Origin: Marsupella aquatica | Lineage: Eukaryota > Plantae > Marchantiophyta | Direction of reading: 5' to 3' | Assembly: GCA_973895155.1 (NCBI GenBank) | Contig: OZ316895.1 | Coordinates: 17,873,437-17,937,436, forward strand | DNA length: 64,000 nt | Part shown: positions 48,933 to 60,547 of the stretch, piece after piece | Layout of the letters: each line of letters opens with the position of its first letter | Numbering within the stretch: the first letter of the stretch is position 1 | The notes under the pieces: generated by a model | Told to the model about the DNA's origin: nothing | Database searches by the model: none | Seen by the model: only the letters and a program-made list of their open reading frames with translations | Program-made: the position numbers and the translations under genes

Positions 48933-50334
48933 AGTGGTTGACCTTGCCACCCAGCGCCCTCACCAATTATCCCAACACTCACGCCTAAGTGCCCCTGGTG
49001 CCCAAACGCCTCCATGGAATACCTCAAGCGAGCACCCTAGTGCCCCGTGCACCACCAGCGGCCCCTCCCATACAAAGTTGCACTTGCTTTCCAACCCGAC
49101 CGCTACTCAATGGTCCTCATTGTCTGCACAAGCAATCAAGCGTCTTGGTAAGTAACCCTTCAGGATCTAGATCTCCCAAGTCTAGCATCCTAACTCAAGC
49201 TCAACAGACATTGGTAAGTAGGTCAGCAATAGGTCCTCCCGATGCCATAAGCCGGAACCAGAATTGATGCCCACTGTTTGTCCAGAACAACTCCTTCCTT
49301 GGGCGCGGCCCGGGTTCCCTCTCGTACCTATCCATCACCAACTGACCGCCTTGCCCCAAGGACATGCTCATGGCCCAAATTGCGTAGCTTGTCCTAAAGC
49401 TTGTCCCTACACACCGAGACCAGAATGGCCTCGACTCTAGCAACCAACTCTCGGTTCTTGCCCCACTAATGGTCTAGGGGCCAAGTGCCCTTTGAACTCA
49501 ACCTCCACGCCTACTTGGCCTTGCCTCCCCAACGTAAGCTCCTTTGAGAGACTGAACGCGGCTTGGCTGCTATTTCGGCAGGATTTGGCAAGCGGGCGAG
49601 ATAGCACCCACAAACCTTGAGAACATACGGCGTCCCAGATCTAGCTGAGCTCAGGAGGATGTAGCCCTCCTCGAGAGCTTTCCAACATACCCAAGAAGTC
49701 CCCCAATGGACTTCTCGTTGGGAAGTTATTGTCGTTTCCGTTTGATGTTTTCCCTTAATGTCGTGACCGCCGCGGCTCATGACTTTGGCTCGCCCTTAGC
49801 CCCCCAAGGAGACACCACTCCCCTTATATATGCTTCTGGATACCTGTCACCCCCGGATCAACTTTGGTCCCCAAACTTTTGGTCCCCAACCCGGACCAAC
49901 TAGCAACGCTCATAACTTCCTAGTTAGGTGTCTGCAAGCAGAGTGCCTTAGCCCATTGTGATCGAGCTAACCCAGTGCTCATGCCTAGGCCCTCAGCTCT
50001 CATTGTCGCTTGGGGCCATAACTCGTGCCCCAAGCGTCCGTTGTCCATGGAGTCAACTCCATTGGCCTTGGACCCAAGAGGGGCTTTCACTCAAGCCCGA
50101 CCCTTTTCCCTTGCCTAACCAGCTCTCAGCTAGTCTAAGTCCTTAGTGTGTATCACCAGCTTGGCGCCTTGCCTTCGCCAGTGCCACATCTCATTGCCCA
50201 CAAGTCTCCCCGTGCTAAGTCCTCCCCGAATGGCCTTTCCGGGCCTGGACCATAAGGGAGCTCGGCATTGGAGTCAGCGACGTTGGAGTCAGCGACGCCG
50301 GAGCTAAGTGTTAAGGTAGTCAAGTTCCACGACT
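48933..50334 (-). mobile_element. Solo LTR of the AGT...ACT chromovirus family (~1.4 kb) inserted in LINE ORF1
   Basis: Full-length homology to 3200-4957 minus the MITE; flanks GTTTT/ATTTC may be a decayed 5-bp TSD. Confidence 0.88.
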
Positions 50335-52018
50335 ATTTCCATTGAGTCATGTGGCTCTTGTTCCCAATTGATGATTGTGGGCAGGCTTGGGTCAATTCCT
50401 AGGCGTCTCAATCTCATTTTGAGTGATAGCAAGGGGGGTAGTAGTGTCCATGTCCTTTGAATTGGCAGCGTTGGGGGTTTCTCCCAACTCATAAGTTTGT
50501 TTTGCATGTTCCTTCACGCCCTTAGTAGTGTGCTCTTTCTTCCAAGCGTATGTTGAGCGATCCACTTGGACTACCACAACTGCTCCTTACCTGAAGGCTT
50601 GTGGCATCGGGAGAACCTATTGCTTCCACAACTAGGCGTTGCTCTTGAATAAAATTGTCCGCAGAAGGAACCTTGCTTTCCGTGTGCCAAGCTTCAGGAT
50701 TTATGAACCAGGAGGGCGGGCGTCCTCCCTGTGGCCAACACAAATGGCGCAAACTCCATTGCCAAATGCTTGGTCAAGTTATACCTAAACTTGGCCATTG
50801 TTAAGTGTTTTGCCCAATCCTTTTGATTGGCCATCACAAAGTGACGCAAGTAGTCCTTCATGATACCATTCACCCATTTTGTTTGGCCATCTATCTCGTG
50901 ATGATACGTTGATCCTCTAGTAAGGTATGTTCCAGATAACTAGAACAACGCCTTCCAGAAATGGCTTGTAAACTTGGTATCGTGGTTGGACAGGATATGC
51001 AACGACAATCCCCATTGTCAAAAGACATTGTCAAACACCAGACCGACAACCTCTCGGGCCAAAACCATTTTTGTAGTCGGCAAGAAATACACCATCTTGG
51101 AAAAACAATCCACGATTGTTAAGATGGAGTTATTGCCATGGGACTCCGGTAACCCAACAATGAAGTCCATGGAGATGGACTCCCATGGAGCCGCAGCTAC
51201 TGGTAAGGATTGCAGAAGTCCTCCTTTTTCCCTATAGACCGTTTAGTTCTTTTGGCACGAGTAACAACTTTGCACGTGGCGAAGAACCAATTGCTTCATG
51301 TCCAGCCAATACACATCTCGTAACATGCTGCGATAGGTAGCTGCTTGTCCGCCATGCCCTCCCCAGGGCGAGTCGTGGTACTTTTGCAGAACCTCTAACC
51401 TTAGAGACTCCAAGATGTACACATGCCTCTGCTTGTATTGTCATAACTGGACATTATGTGTCGTATCCAACCCCAATGAAACGTGCCTGACCTTGCCTTG
51501 CATGGTTACCCCATTGCTTTGCCATTCCTTGGCTAACCTGTCATCCCCATATACACCTCGGCCAGAACCCTTGGCCACTCGGATTTGAGCATCGTGATCC
51601 CTTTGACACGATGATGGTCCCTATGCAATAACGCGTCAGCTACCATATTTGTCTTCCCAGGAACATGGCAGACTTCAAAATTGAAATCCGCCAAGAACAT
51701 CTACCAACGCATTTCCTTGGGGTTCAGCCTTGGCTTAGAACTGAAATACCCCATCGGCAAGCTATCTATGATTGTGTATTACCACTTTGGGACCATTCTT
51801 GAGGTAAATCTCCCACTTCTTTAATGCGTAGATCACTGCATACATTTCCCTTTCCGGTGTGATCCAATGATTTTCCAACTCACATGACTCAAAGGCCACA
51901 GGACGCCCATCTTGGTGAACACAGACGCCAATGGCGTAATCACTTGCATCTGTCCAAATCTCAAATGCTTCCCCATCTCAGGTAACTTTAGAACCGACAG
52001 CGTTATCATTAGCCGCTT

Positions 52019-55000
52019 TGTCACCTGCTTATCAAACGATTTACACGACAAATACCTATTTCCTCCTACTAAAATCATTTGTTATCGTATGACGGGAACG
52101 TGGAGGGACGCTATTCGGATTCTATTGCATGTAGGATGAGTATGTTTATTTCCGCTCCCAGAAATGTAGTTTTTGATCAAGTCTACCGACTAGTCCCACT
52201 ACTTTTGATCAAGTCCCATGGACTACACCACCCACACTCCTACTGGTCGTTGGTGGAGTGCTGTCACCACCCCCTACTCACATGGTTGACCAAACCGTGC
52301 AAGGATTCCTTAGACGCTTCTTGGGAAAGAACACAATCGTGAACCAAAAAAAATAACAACACACCAAAAATTGAGGAATCAAACCAAATCCATATCTTTT
52401 GGCAAAACGTCGTAACACATTGCAAGGACAACCCGGCCTCTTGCCGTCTGCCCAGCTACTGCCTCACTGGGGCAAGTGCTACACCTCTACCTCACTACTC
52501 TGGCTTGATTCCCTCTTCTGGCTATGAGCTAACTTCCCTAAGCAAACACTAGACTGAGTTCCCCACCGATTCACTATGGGGATCCCCCCCTAAATACTCA
52601 AAACAACCCACCAAAGCACCCCTCACGGGGTCACAAGGATGGCGGCTTACCCTAGCGGCGCCGCTAAACCCTTCACTAAGAAACCCCTAAACTAAAAGCA
52701 TGCGGCACACACATGCTTCTAAAACCCTAAACCTTAAACTAAAAATTGGGCCGATGGTGCCTTCGATGGCGCCCCAACGTTACTCCGTGAACCGTGAAAT
52801 TGCAAGGAACCCCACAATGGCCAAAACTAGGCGCCCTTCCACTTGCACTTCTGAGTTCACCCTTGGATATCCCTCCTCCTCCTGATCATGAATCACTCAA
52901 CTGCTCTTGAAACGGACATCAGACGACCAAGTTATGGCCGTTTCAGTATCCCGTAAACCCAACTTCGCCGGACCCTAACTTGCTCATCCTAGCTCCGTTT
53001 GAGTAGCGCCACCTCTTGTTGGAATCAGCTCCGCGAGCTCTTTCCAACAAGCCCATGAGTGACCCCTCACAAAAAATTTGGAAAGTCAAGGGGCCGTACA
53101 ACCACGTCCGTACGACCACTCTAATCCTCATCCTCTTCACTCACGGTGCCCTGGCTTGAGCCCCGTGAGTGGGCCTCCTCATCACTCTCCACTGGAGTGA
53201 GTGCCACTTCACTCCTCTTCTTCTTCACCGGGGTACTCCTTGTGCTAGTGCTCCCCTGCTTCCTCAAATTGGCCAAGGCCTGCCACGCCTTAATGTACCC
53301 CTCACCAATGGTGTCCTTCCATAAGGCTGCCTCTTCACCGGACCGCAACTCCAACGGTAAAACCTGCCCGGTGACCATGGGAGTCCCAAGGGTGACAGAT
53401 CGGGGTGGCATCCCCGGGGTCCTCGTGTTGACCTGAGCTTCTTGTAACGATTTATGTACCTCCCTGAGCTTCTTCTCTAAGCTCTTGCTCTTCTCTTGAC
53501 TCTTCTTGGCTGCATCCAACAGGGGTCCATACTTCCCACTGACTTCCTTCACCACCATCTCAATGGCCCTGGAGATCAAATCCGGGGAAAGTGTGGAGCT
53601 AGGTGTGCAGGGGCTCTTCTGTTTCCCCAGACTCAAGGCCTCACTCCTCTTAGCCCTTGTCTCAAAGATCACCATTTGACTCCATAGTGCTCCCACCTGG
53701 GCTCTTAACTCCACCACTTCTCCAGAATTCTGCTTCTCTTTGGCCAATGCCTGTTTCAATACTCCAACCTCTTCCGCTTCCTTGGCCTTGGTGGACAAGG
53801 CTCCCTTCAAGTTAGAGATCTCTACGTGAGCTGCTTGGAGAAGTTTAACCTTCTCATGAATGGCCTCCTCCTTGGCCTTGATCACCTCCTTCATAGACAG
53901 GGCACTCTGCTCCAAAGTCTCTACTCTGGCGGTGGCCTGCTTGAGAGAATCTCTCAATGCGTGGACTAGCTTGAGTCCCTCATGGACTCCCTCCCGGAAT
54001 TCCCGTAACTCTGCCAGGTAGACATCAGGAATGTCGTAGACCAGGGGCTCCTCCGGATCTCCCACAAGTGATTCAAGCCACTCCAATGTGGAGTCCTCAT
54101 CCTGGTTTTTTTCCTCTCTATTATCATCCCCAACCGCTGACGATGATCCCTCCGTTAGTTTCCCCACGATGGTAGTGGCAATACTCCTGATTTCCGTGGT
54201 AAGGGATGATCCAGAGTCTTCCTGTCCCGGGGAAACAATCCACCCTTCTGCTCTAGCCAGCAAAAATGACCCCATCAAGTGTACAGCCCCACGTGGTTTC
54301 ACACTCCCGGGATTGGCGTCCAATAGCTTCTTCAACCCATAGTACCACCATCCGTACACATGGGCTGGATAGTTCTTGATGTCCATAGCTACCACGAAAT
54401 GCTCTCCATTCACCACCCCGGATTGCACGTTACCTAGGACCCGTTGATGAACTTTGGCCAGAAATCCCTTGTGCTCAGCATCCTTGACGGCGGAAAGAGG
54501 AATGGAAGTAGTGGAGATGGGATTAATCACCCAACCGGCCACCATTGTCAACGTGAGTTCTCCCCTTATGTTCCAAGGTGTGAATGAGAATTGTTGGTTC
54601 TCCAGAAACAGAAGCTTAGCTAACTCCACATGGGGCACTACCCATTGGAGACATTCAAAGTAGATTCCTTCCGTACGTAACTCCATTCCGGCCTCAATGT
54701 TCCAACTCTTCCCCGAAGGGATTGTAATCTCCACCTTCATGAACTCCGTGAGCCTGGTGGCTTGAAAAATATTCCTACAATCCTCCATCACCTTGGCGGA
54801 GGTTTTGGGATAAATTCGACGGAAAACCCTCCTACTCACCGGTGCAGAACTTGCCGCCAGTCCAGTACTCATCATAGCTTCTCTCTCTTCTCTCTCTCTT
54901 GCAATCAAAGTCTCAATGTAGTCACGATAAGCAGCCTTGTATCTCCGAATGCGTGCCGCACTAAACTCCGGTTGATCTAGCAACCATGCATCCAGAAATC

Positions 55001-56214
55001 AAATCCTCAATCACCAAATCTTGTCACCCGTAGCAATGTCAATTCCCTGGCCCGAAACGGCCCCTGTATCCTGATCAATCAATTACCCTCAATTCCCTCA
55101 GAAGCCACCCCGTGCTGCTGCCGCTAATGCCCAGAAGAATCGTGCCAACAAGCCTCAACAATTGACCATGAGAAAGAGCTTCCAAAATAATTGCAAAATG
55201 TGGAGCGAGCTTTCGGCAAGAGTTGAGAGAGAGCCCAAGTTTTTGCTTTTGGCAATGAGTGGGTCTTGCAAAAGAGAGGAAGTGAGAAAATAGGAAGGAG
55301 AAAAAAAACCCTGTGGCTCCTTCATGCCATGCGCCCCGGCTGCCCTGGTACCCTGGTACCCTGGCTCGCCTCCCTACGCCCTCCTCTCACCAACTTGCGG
55401 GAGCCACCCGATAGCACGTGGCCCTATGCAGGGCTCGCACTGCGCCCTGTTACCTCCAAGGCCCAGGGATTTAATTCCCCCCCCCCTCTTTTTTTCTACA
55501 CGCTGCCCTATGCAGCGCCTCGTGTATCGGCAGCCCTGCGCCCTTCTCCTGGCTCGTGGGAGGGTTTAATACCCCCCCTTACTCGCCCCTCTCTTTGGGG
55601 CACGGCTCCCGGTACGCCTTCCGTAGCGCTCCCCTCGGTATGGGGAATTAAATTCCCCCCCCCTCCCAACTCCACTCACGGGAGAGTTAATACTTCCCCC
55701 GACTCCTTCCTCCTCCTCGGCTGTGGCCCGGCTGCCCTCGCCCCGGCTGCCCTGGCTCCAGCTGACCTTCGCGCCCAGCTCGCTCCGCGCCCGGCTGACC
55801 TGCACCCCGGTTGACCTTCAAAGATGCCAGGTGGCGTCCACAGGGGCTGCCCCTTATGGACCCCTTTACTCCAACAACTTAACCTCTCAAAAGAACTCAT
55901 TCTCTTCTTTTGGCCCTTGTTGTGGTTATACCCATTTAACCCCAAAAAGAAAAGTTAACCTCTTGGACTTATAGGGGGAACTTGACAATGGTTCAAGCGA
56001 AAAGGCCAGGCCACCTATTTGCCCCCCCTCTAGGTTGCCGTGACCGTTTAGAACAATTCTGAGAAGGAAATAAAGTAAAGTCCTCCTGGCAGCACCAACT
56101 TGAAAGGACGGAATTAACTCAAAAATTAAAAAATGGCTTATTTACAGTGGTTATTTACATCGCACAACCCAGTAAACAATTATTGAGGATTTTCGGTGAC
56201 AGGAACCAATCACA
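52019..56214 (-). mobile_element. 4.2-kb TG...CA insert (putative giant solo LTR) containing a long ORF
   Basis: TGTCACC...ATCACA; TSD CGCTT at 52014-52018 and 56215-56219; no internal direct repeat or pol domains seen. Confidence 0.85.
53121..54983 (-). CDS. 620-aa retroelement accessory protein: globular N-domain, long coiled coil, basic NLS-like and acidic tail
   Basis: Uninterrupted ORF; heptad-rich LKQATARVETLEQSALSMKEVIKAKEE...; PVKKKRS. True start uncertain. Confidence 0.7.
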   Translation of the reverse strand: MLDQPEFSAARIRRYKAAYRDYIETLIAREREEREAMMSTGLAASSAPVSRRVFRRIYPKTSAKVMEDCRNIFQATRLTEFMKVEITIPSGKSWNIEAGMELRTEGIYFECLQWVVPHVELAKLLFLENQQFSFTPWNIRGELTLTMVAGWVINPISTTSIPLSAVKDAEHKGFLAKVHQRVLGNVQSGVVNGEHFVVAMDIKNYPAHVYGWWYYGLKKLLDANPGSVKPRGAVHLMGSFLLARAEGWIVSPGQEDSGSSLTTEIRSIATTIVGKLTEGSSSAVGDDNREEKNQDEDSTLEWLESLVGDPEEPLVYDIPDVYLAELREFREGVHEGLKLVHALRDSLKQATARVETLEQSALSMKEVIKAKEEAIHEKVKLLQAAHVEISNLKGALSTKAKEAEEVGVLKQALAKEKQNSGEVVELRAQVGALWSQMVIFETRAKRSEALSLGKQKSPCTPSSTLSPDLISRAIEMVVKEVSGKYGPLLDAAKKSQEKSKSLEKKLREVHKSLQEAQVNTRTPGMPPRSVTLGTPMVTGQVLPLELRSGEEAALWKDTIGEGYIKAWQALANLRKQGSTSTRSTPVKKKRSEVALTPVESDEEAHSRGSSQGTVSEEDED

Positions 56215-57476
56215 CGCTTGAGTTCTAGGAATGCTAACTTGCATTCCTGTGTCCACACAAACACTTTGTTTTTCAACATTAGCGTGTCTAGGGGCCTCGC
56301 GATCCTCGCATAGTCTTTCATGTATCTCTGATAGAACCCCGTGAATCCTAAGAAGGCTCTAACCTGCCTTACATTGGATGGGCGCGCCCATTCTTTGATG
56401 TCCTTAAGCTTGTCCTGACTAGGCATAATCCCCTCCGGGAGTAAAGGTATAGCCGAGGAACTGAATCTCATTCATCACAAACTTACTATTGCTAGGTTTA
56501 GCAAAGAGACGAGCCTTACAAAGGCAAGAGAACACTTCTCTGAGCAACTGCTCATGTTCCTCCAACGTTTTCGAGTAGATTAGGATGTCGTCAATAAAGA
56601 CGACCACTCCTTGGTCCAAAAAATCATGAAAGATGGTATCGGGGATGGTATTCATCATCTTCATGAACGTTGCGGTTGCATTACACAACCCGAATGGCAT
56701 AACCAAAAATTCATAGGATCCAAACCTTGTGCGCATCGCGGTCTTATACTTGTCTCCCTTAGCCATGCGGAGCTAGTAATACCTAGACCGCAAGTCCACC
56801 TTTGAAAACTTCTTAGCCCCGGAGAGGCAATCAAAGAGGTCATCCATATGAGGTAACGAGTACTTGTTCTTTACCGTCTGCTTATCGAGGGCCCAATAAT
56901 CTAGACGCACAATCTCAAAGTACCATCCTTTTTGGACACAAACAACATGGGCGCCCCATAAGGACTCTTACTAGGACAAATGAACCCTTGGTTGATCAAC
57001 TCTTCCAAGGCGTTCTTCAACATCATTTGTTCATTCAGGTTTAGACGATAAGGAGCTTTAGCCTAAGGAGCCAAACTTGGCTCCAACTCAACTTGGTGAT
57101 CCACTTCTCTCTGCGGGGGTAAACCTTTAGGTAGCTTCTACAAGAGCACGTCATTGAATTCCTCTAAAATTTCAGGAATTCAACCGCAGTCGGGCCCAAC
57201 CTTAGCTGCCTTAACCTTCGGTTGCGAAGTAGCCTCCTTAACTAGGTGGATCGAGATGAAAGAAGAAACATTCATGTCCACCTTTGAAGTCTTTCCACCA
57301 TTGCTTCACCGATACACACGGAGACAACCACGACACTTTACTTACTTTGAGAAATCTTTCTTTATTTTCGGTAATTTTGTGTACAACGATGAGCTCATCG
57401 CCCTTATTGGGACAATGGAGCACCTCATCCCCAGGCTTCAAGGTAACACTGTGATTTCTGAGATATATAACCTACC

Positions 57477-58091
57477 CCTGGCCCCCCACTCCCAGTAAAA
57501 AATCTCTACCTCCTGTGAACGGACCCCCCTCTAGTACCCCAAGCTGTTATTATTTTTGAAACAATAAAAATTTGTCTTCTTATTTAGAAAAAAAACACAT
57601 TTTGACAATACTTAATATCATTGATATAATTATAAAGTCCAGATTTGAGAATTTGTATATAGGCTTCATTAGTTACATTTTCTTTTATTCAAAGATCTTC
57701 CCTCCCTCATATCCAATGGGCAGGGATTTTCCCCATGTGTTTCCTCATAGGGCAGTTCAAAAAACCCACCCTAAACTCCTCAACATACCCTACCCTAAAC
57801 CCCAGAACCCCGCCCACAACTTACAACGGCATAGACATGTGTACCTATTAGATGATGCCACATGTACCACTAAGCTGATGCCGTGTGGCGAAGATGATTT
57901 TATACCCCCTTCCCCAAAATAAATGAGAGCGGAATATCAAGTGCCCTTCCTTATTTGGAAAGTGACATTTGTATAAAAGAGTGGGTTGCTTAGTTACAAG
58001 CCAATTCTAAAAATTACTTCAATATGAATGAAGTCAACCCTTGAATCGTTCTCACGTCCAACCCATTTTACCTAAGAGTGGAGGCCCAAGG
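57477..58091. mobile_element. 615-bp non-autonomous DNA element, 8-bp TSD AACCTACC
   Basis: TIRs CCTGGCCCCCACTC / GAGTGGAGGCCCAAGG; TSD at 57469-57476 and 58092-58099; empty site in copy 2 near 11665. Confidence 0.85.
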
Positions 58092-60547
58092 AACCTACCG
58101 ACAAAATGAAGTCTATGGCTTGACCATCTAGAACGTAGAACATCTCTTGACACACAAAATTTTGTTGTTCGCCTATGACCTCTACTCAAAGTCTATGTAC
58201 CACTCTCGACACTATCCCTTTTGTGTCGTTGACGAACTTGCACACTAACAATTGTAGTAATTAACTCTTGCACGTCCACCCCAAGACGTGTCACCGCCTG
58301 CCCACTTATGAAGCAGGCGGTCGTCCCTGTATCTACCAAAGGAACACCCAAATTACCGTTAGAAGTGACATTCACAAAAATTAGCTTTTCAGGATCCATT
58401 GTCTTAACCTTAGGTGTCTTCTCTTGCAACAATACCTTCTCTCCGGCAGGAATATTCCCTACAGGATTCTTGTCAGCTACTAAGGGTTTGGTTAGAGCGA
58501 TACTTACCTTAATGCCCTTCTACCGTCCATCTCCGCTTGGCTTGCCACCTTTTGTGGAACAATCCTTACTTTGATGGCCTATAGCGCCACACGTAAAGCA
58601 CAAACCTTTAGCCCGCCTATGCTCCGTGAGCGCTGCTTCTTGGCTTTCTGTGCCAATGAGGTTTCTTTCTTGAAGTTTCCGGCCTTCCGGTTTCACTTTG
58701 CTTCTCCGTTCTGGGGCAGGGGATCCAAACCACCGGCCCCCGCCCCCTCAGGTTGCTTACGCTTATTCCCAGGACCTTTTGCTTTCCTAGCTTCCCCCTT
58801 GGATCCCTTCCCACCCACCTTGGCCAAGCCCGACTGGTTATTCACCAACGTAGTGGCCTTGTCAAAGGCGTCCGAAAGCATTTTAAACTCATGACGCTTT
58901 TCCTATAACTTTTCCCTGAGCAATGGCGGGAGCTTCACTATAAAGTTGTGAAGTTGTGTATGTAGGGTCTCTTGTCCCGCTGGGATACACACCAACTGGT
59001 TTTGGTAATAAGTGATGAACTTTTGGATATCACCCTTGAAGCTCATCTCCGTTACACATTTTTGAGCGTGCTGCTTTGGGTACTTAGTGGTGACATGAGC
59101 ACGGAGACCCTCAACCAGGTTTTCCCAAGTCAACGGCAAGGAGGAGTCCTCTAGCAACTTCTTCCAAGTCAAGGCATAGTCATTCAGGTAAGGAGCAACT
59201 ACAGTAGCCCAAGTGGATTGCTCAACACACGCGTGGAGATGAATCTCCATTGTGGAGAGCCAACTCAGGAACTTTTGTCCACTTTGGTCATAGGCCCCGT
59301 TATAAGTTGGAGGAGTCGGTAGCTGTCACGTCGTCAGCCTAGGCCTTAACCCAGGCTTCGGCTTAGACAGGCACATCCTTCGTCAAAATGAGGGTTCGGG
59401 CAGGAAGGGATGCACGGAATGCACCTAACTCATGTAAACTAGCGCTAAGTGCGCCTATTGTCATATACGGACACCTCCTAGGTATGGTTTGTGTTCCACC
59501 ACCGGAACGTACCTTAGTCGATAGCAGGATCGACCCCGGCTTACGGGCTTCTAAGCCTTCGTGTTGTCCGCCTTCGATCTGGATTCGATGATATAGGTAC
59601 TCAACCCGGGCTCGCAACCACTACCCGCAAGCTGCACCCCGTGCCCGACTTGGGTAACACGTTTGGCCAAGCGTTGGCACCTATACATGAGATTCACACA
59701 TACATACGCGCACAAGCATACAATCTCGATTTACACGAAGGAAATAATGGGGAAGGATTTTACTACATAGGAGACATATGCGTACACTTAGTTGACCCGA
59801 AAGCTCCAGAATGAACAGGTCCAAGGCCGAGGGTGTACACTACAACGGAGCCCGGCTTCGCGCTCGCCCAGCGAGATTAGTCCCACACCCTCCCCTCGAT
59901 ACTCTTTCACTCCCAGAGGTCGGGACTCCCCGCACATACCGCGGATGTCCAACACTGAGACTAAAAACCCTCCCTTGCCTCTACCGAGGGGTGCACTAAA
60001 TACTAAGGGCCGAGGAACGAAGTGCCCTTGCGCCCAAAGATTCGCTAACTAAGGTCCTAACTAAGCTGGCTGTCAGGCCGGAAAACGGCTTGTCTTATTA
60101 GAAGATCCTAATCTACGCTGATGGTACAGCATGGCAGTGCTGCTCTAACTAGGGTAGGTACTTGTCCCTATAGCCTAATTGAGCTATTCCTAACTCTACT
60201 CTAATCCTACTCCGCCGCTAATGTCTGGCACGCTTGCCAGAACCGCCTGAGTGGGAGCGGCTATCCCGCTGCCTTCTGAGTCTGTCGGCGTCCTACTTGA
60301 GTAGCTGGACCTGGTCCAGCAGAGATTCGTTTTCCCGCTTTGCCGCGTCTACCTCTTCCGCGGCCTCCTAGCATGCCTCCTCCAGTTGTTGGGTGTCGCT
60401 TGTCAGCTTGTCCACCAACTGGGCCTGTTTAGTGGCTTCTCCTTGAAGCCATGCCACCTCTGCCTTCAGGGCGTCAATCTCGGCTGTGTCCCGTTGAGAC
60501 CTGGAATCAGCTTCCTCCAGATCCTTTTGCCAACTGACGGCTTGCCC

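Larger units (their letters stand above)
45590..50622 (-). mobile_element. Decayed L1/Tx1-type LINE (ORF1 tail, APE endonuclease, RT), interrupted by two MITEs and a solo LTR
   Basis: KVCQWNVRVLN, VYAPN, ICGDWN, SRLDR (APE); WRPLTML, DFTKVYDRV, GVRQGCPLS, YLGCP (RT). Confidence 0.92.
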
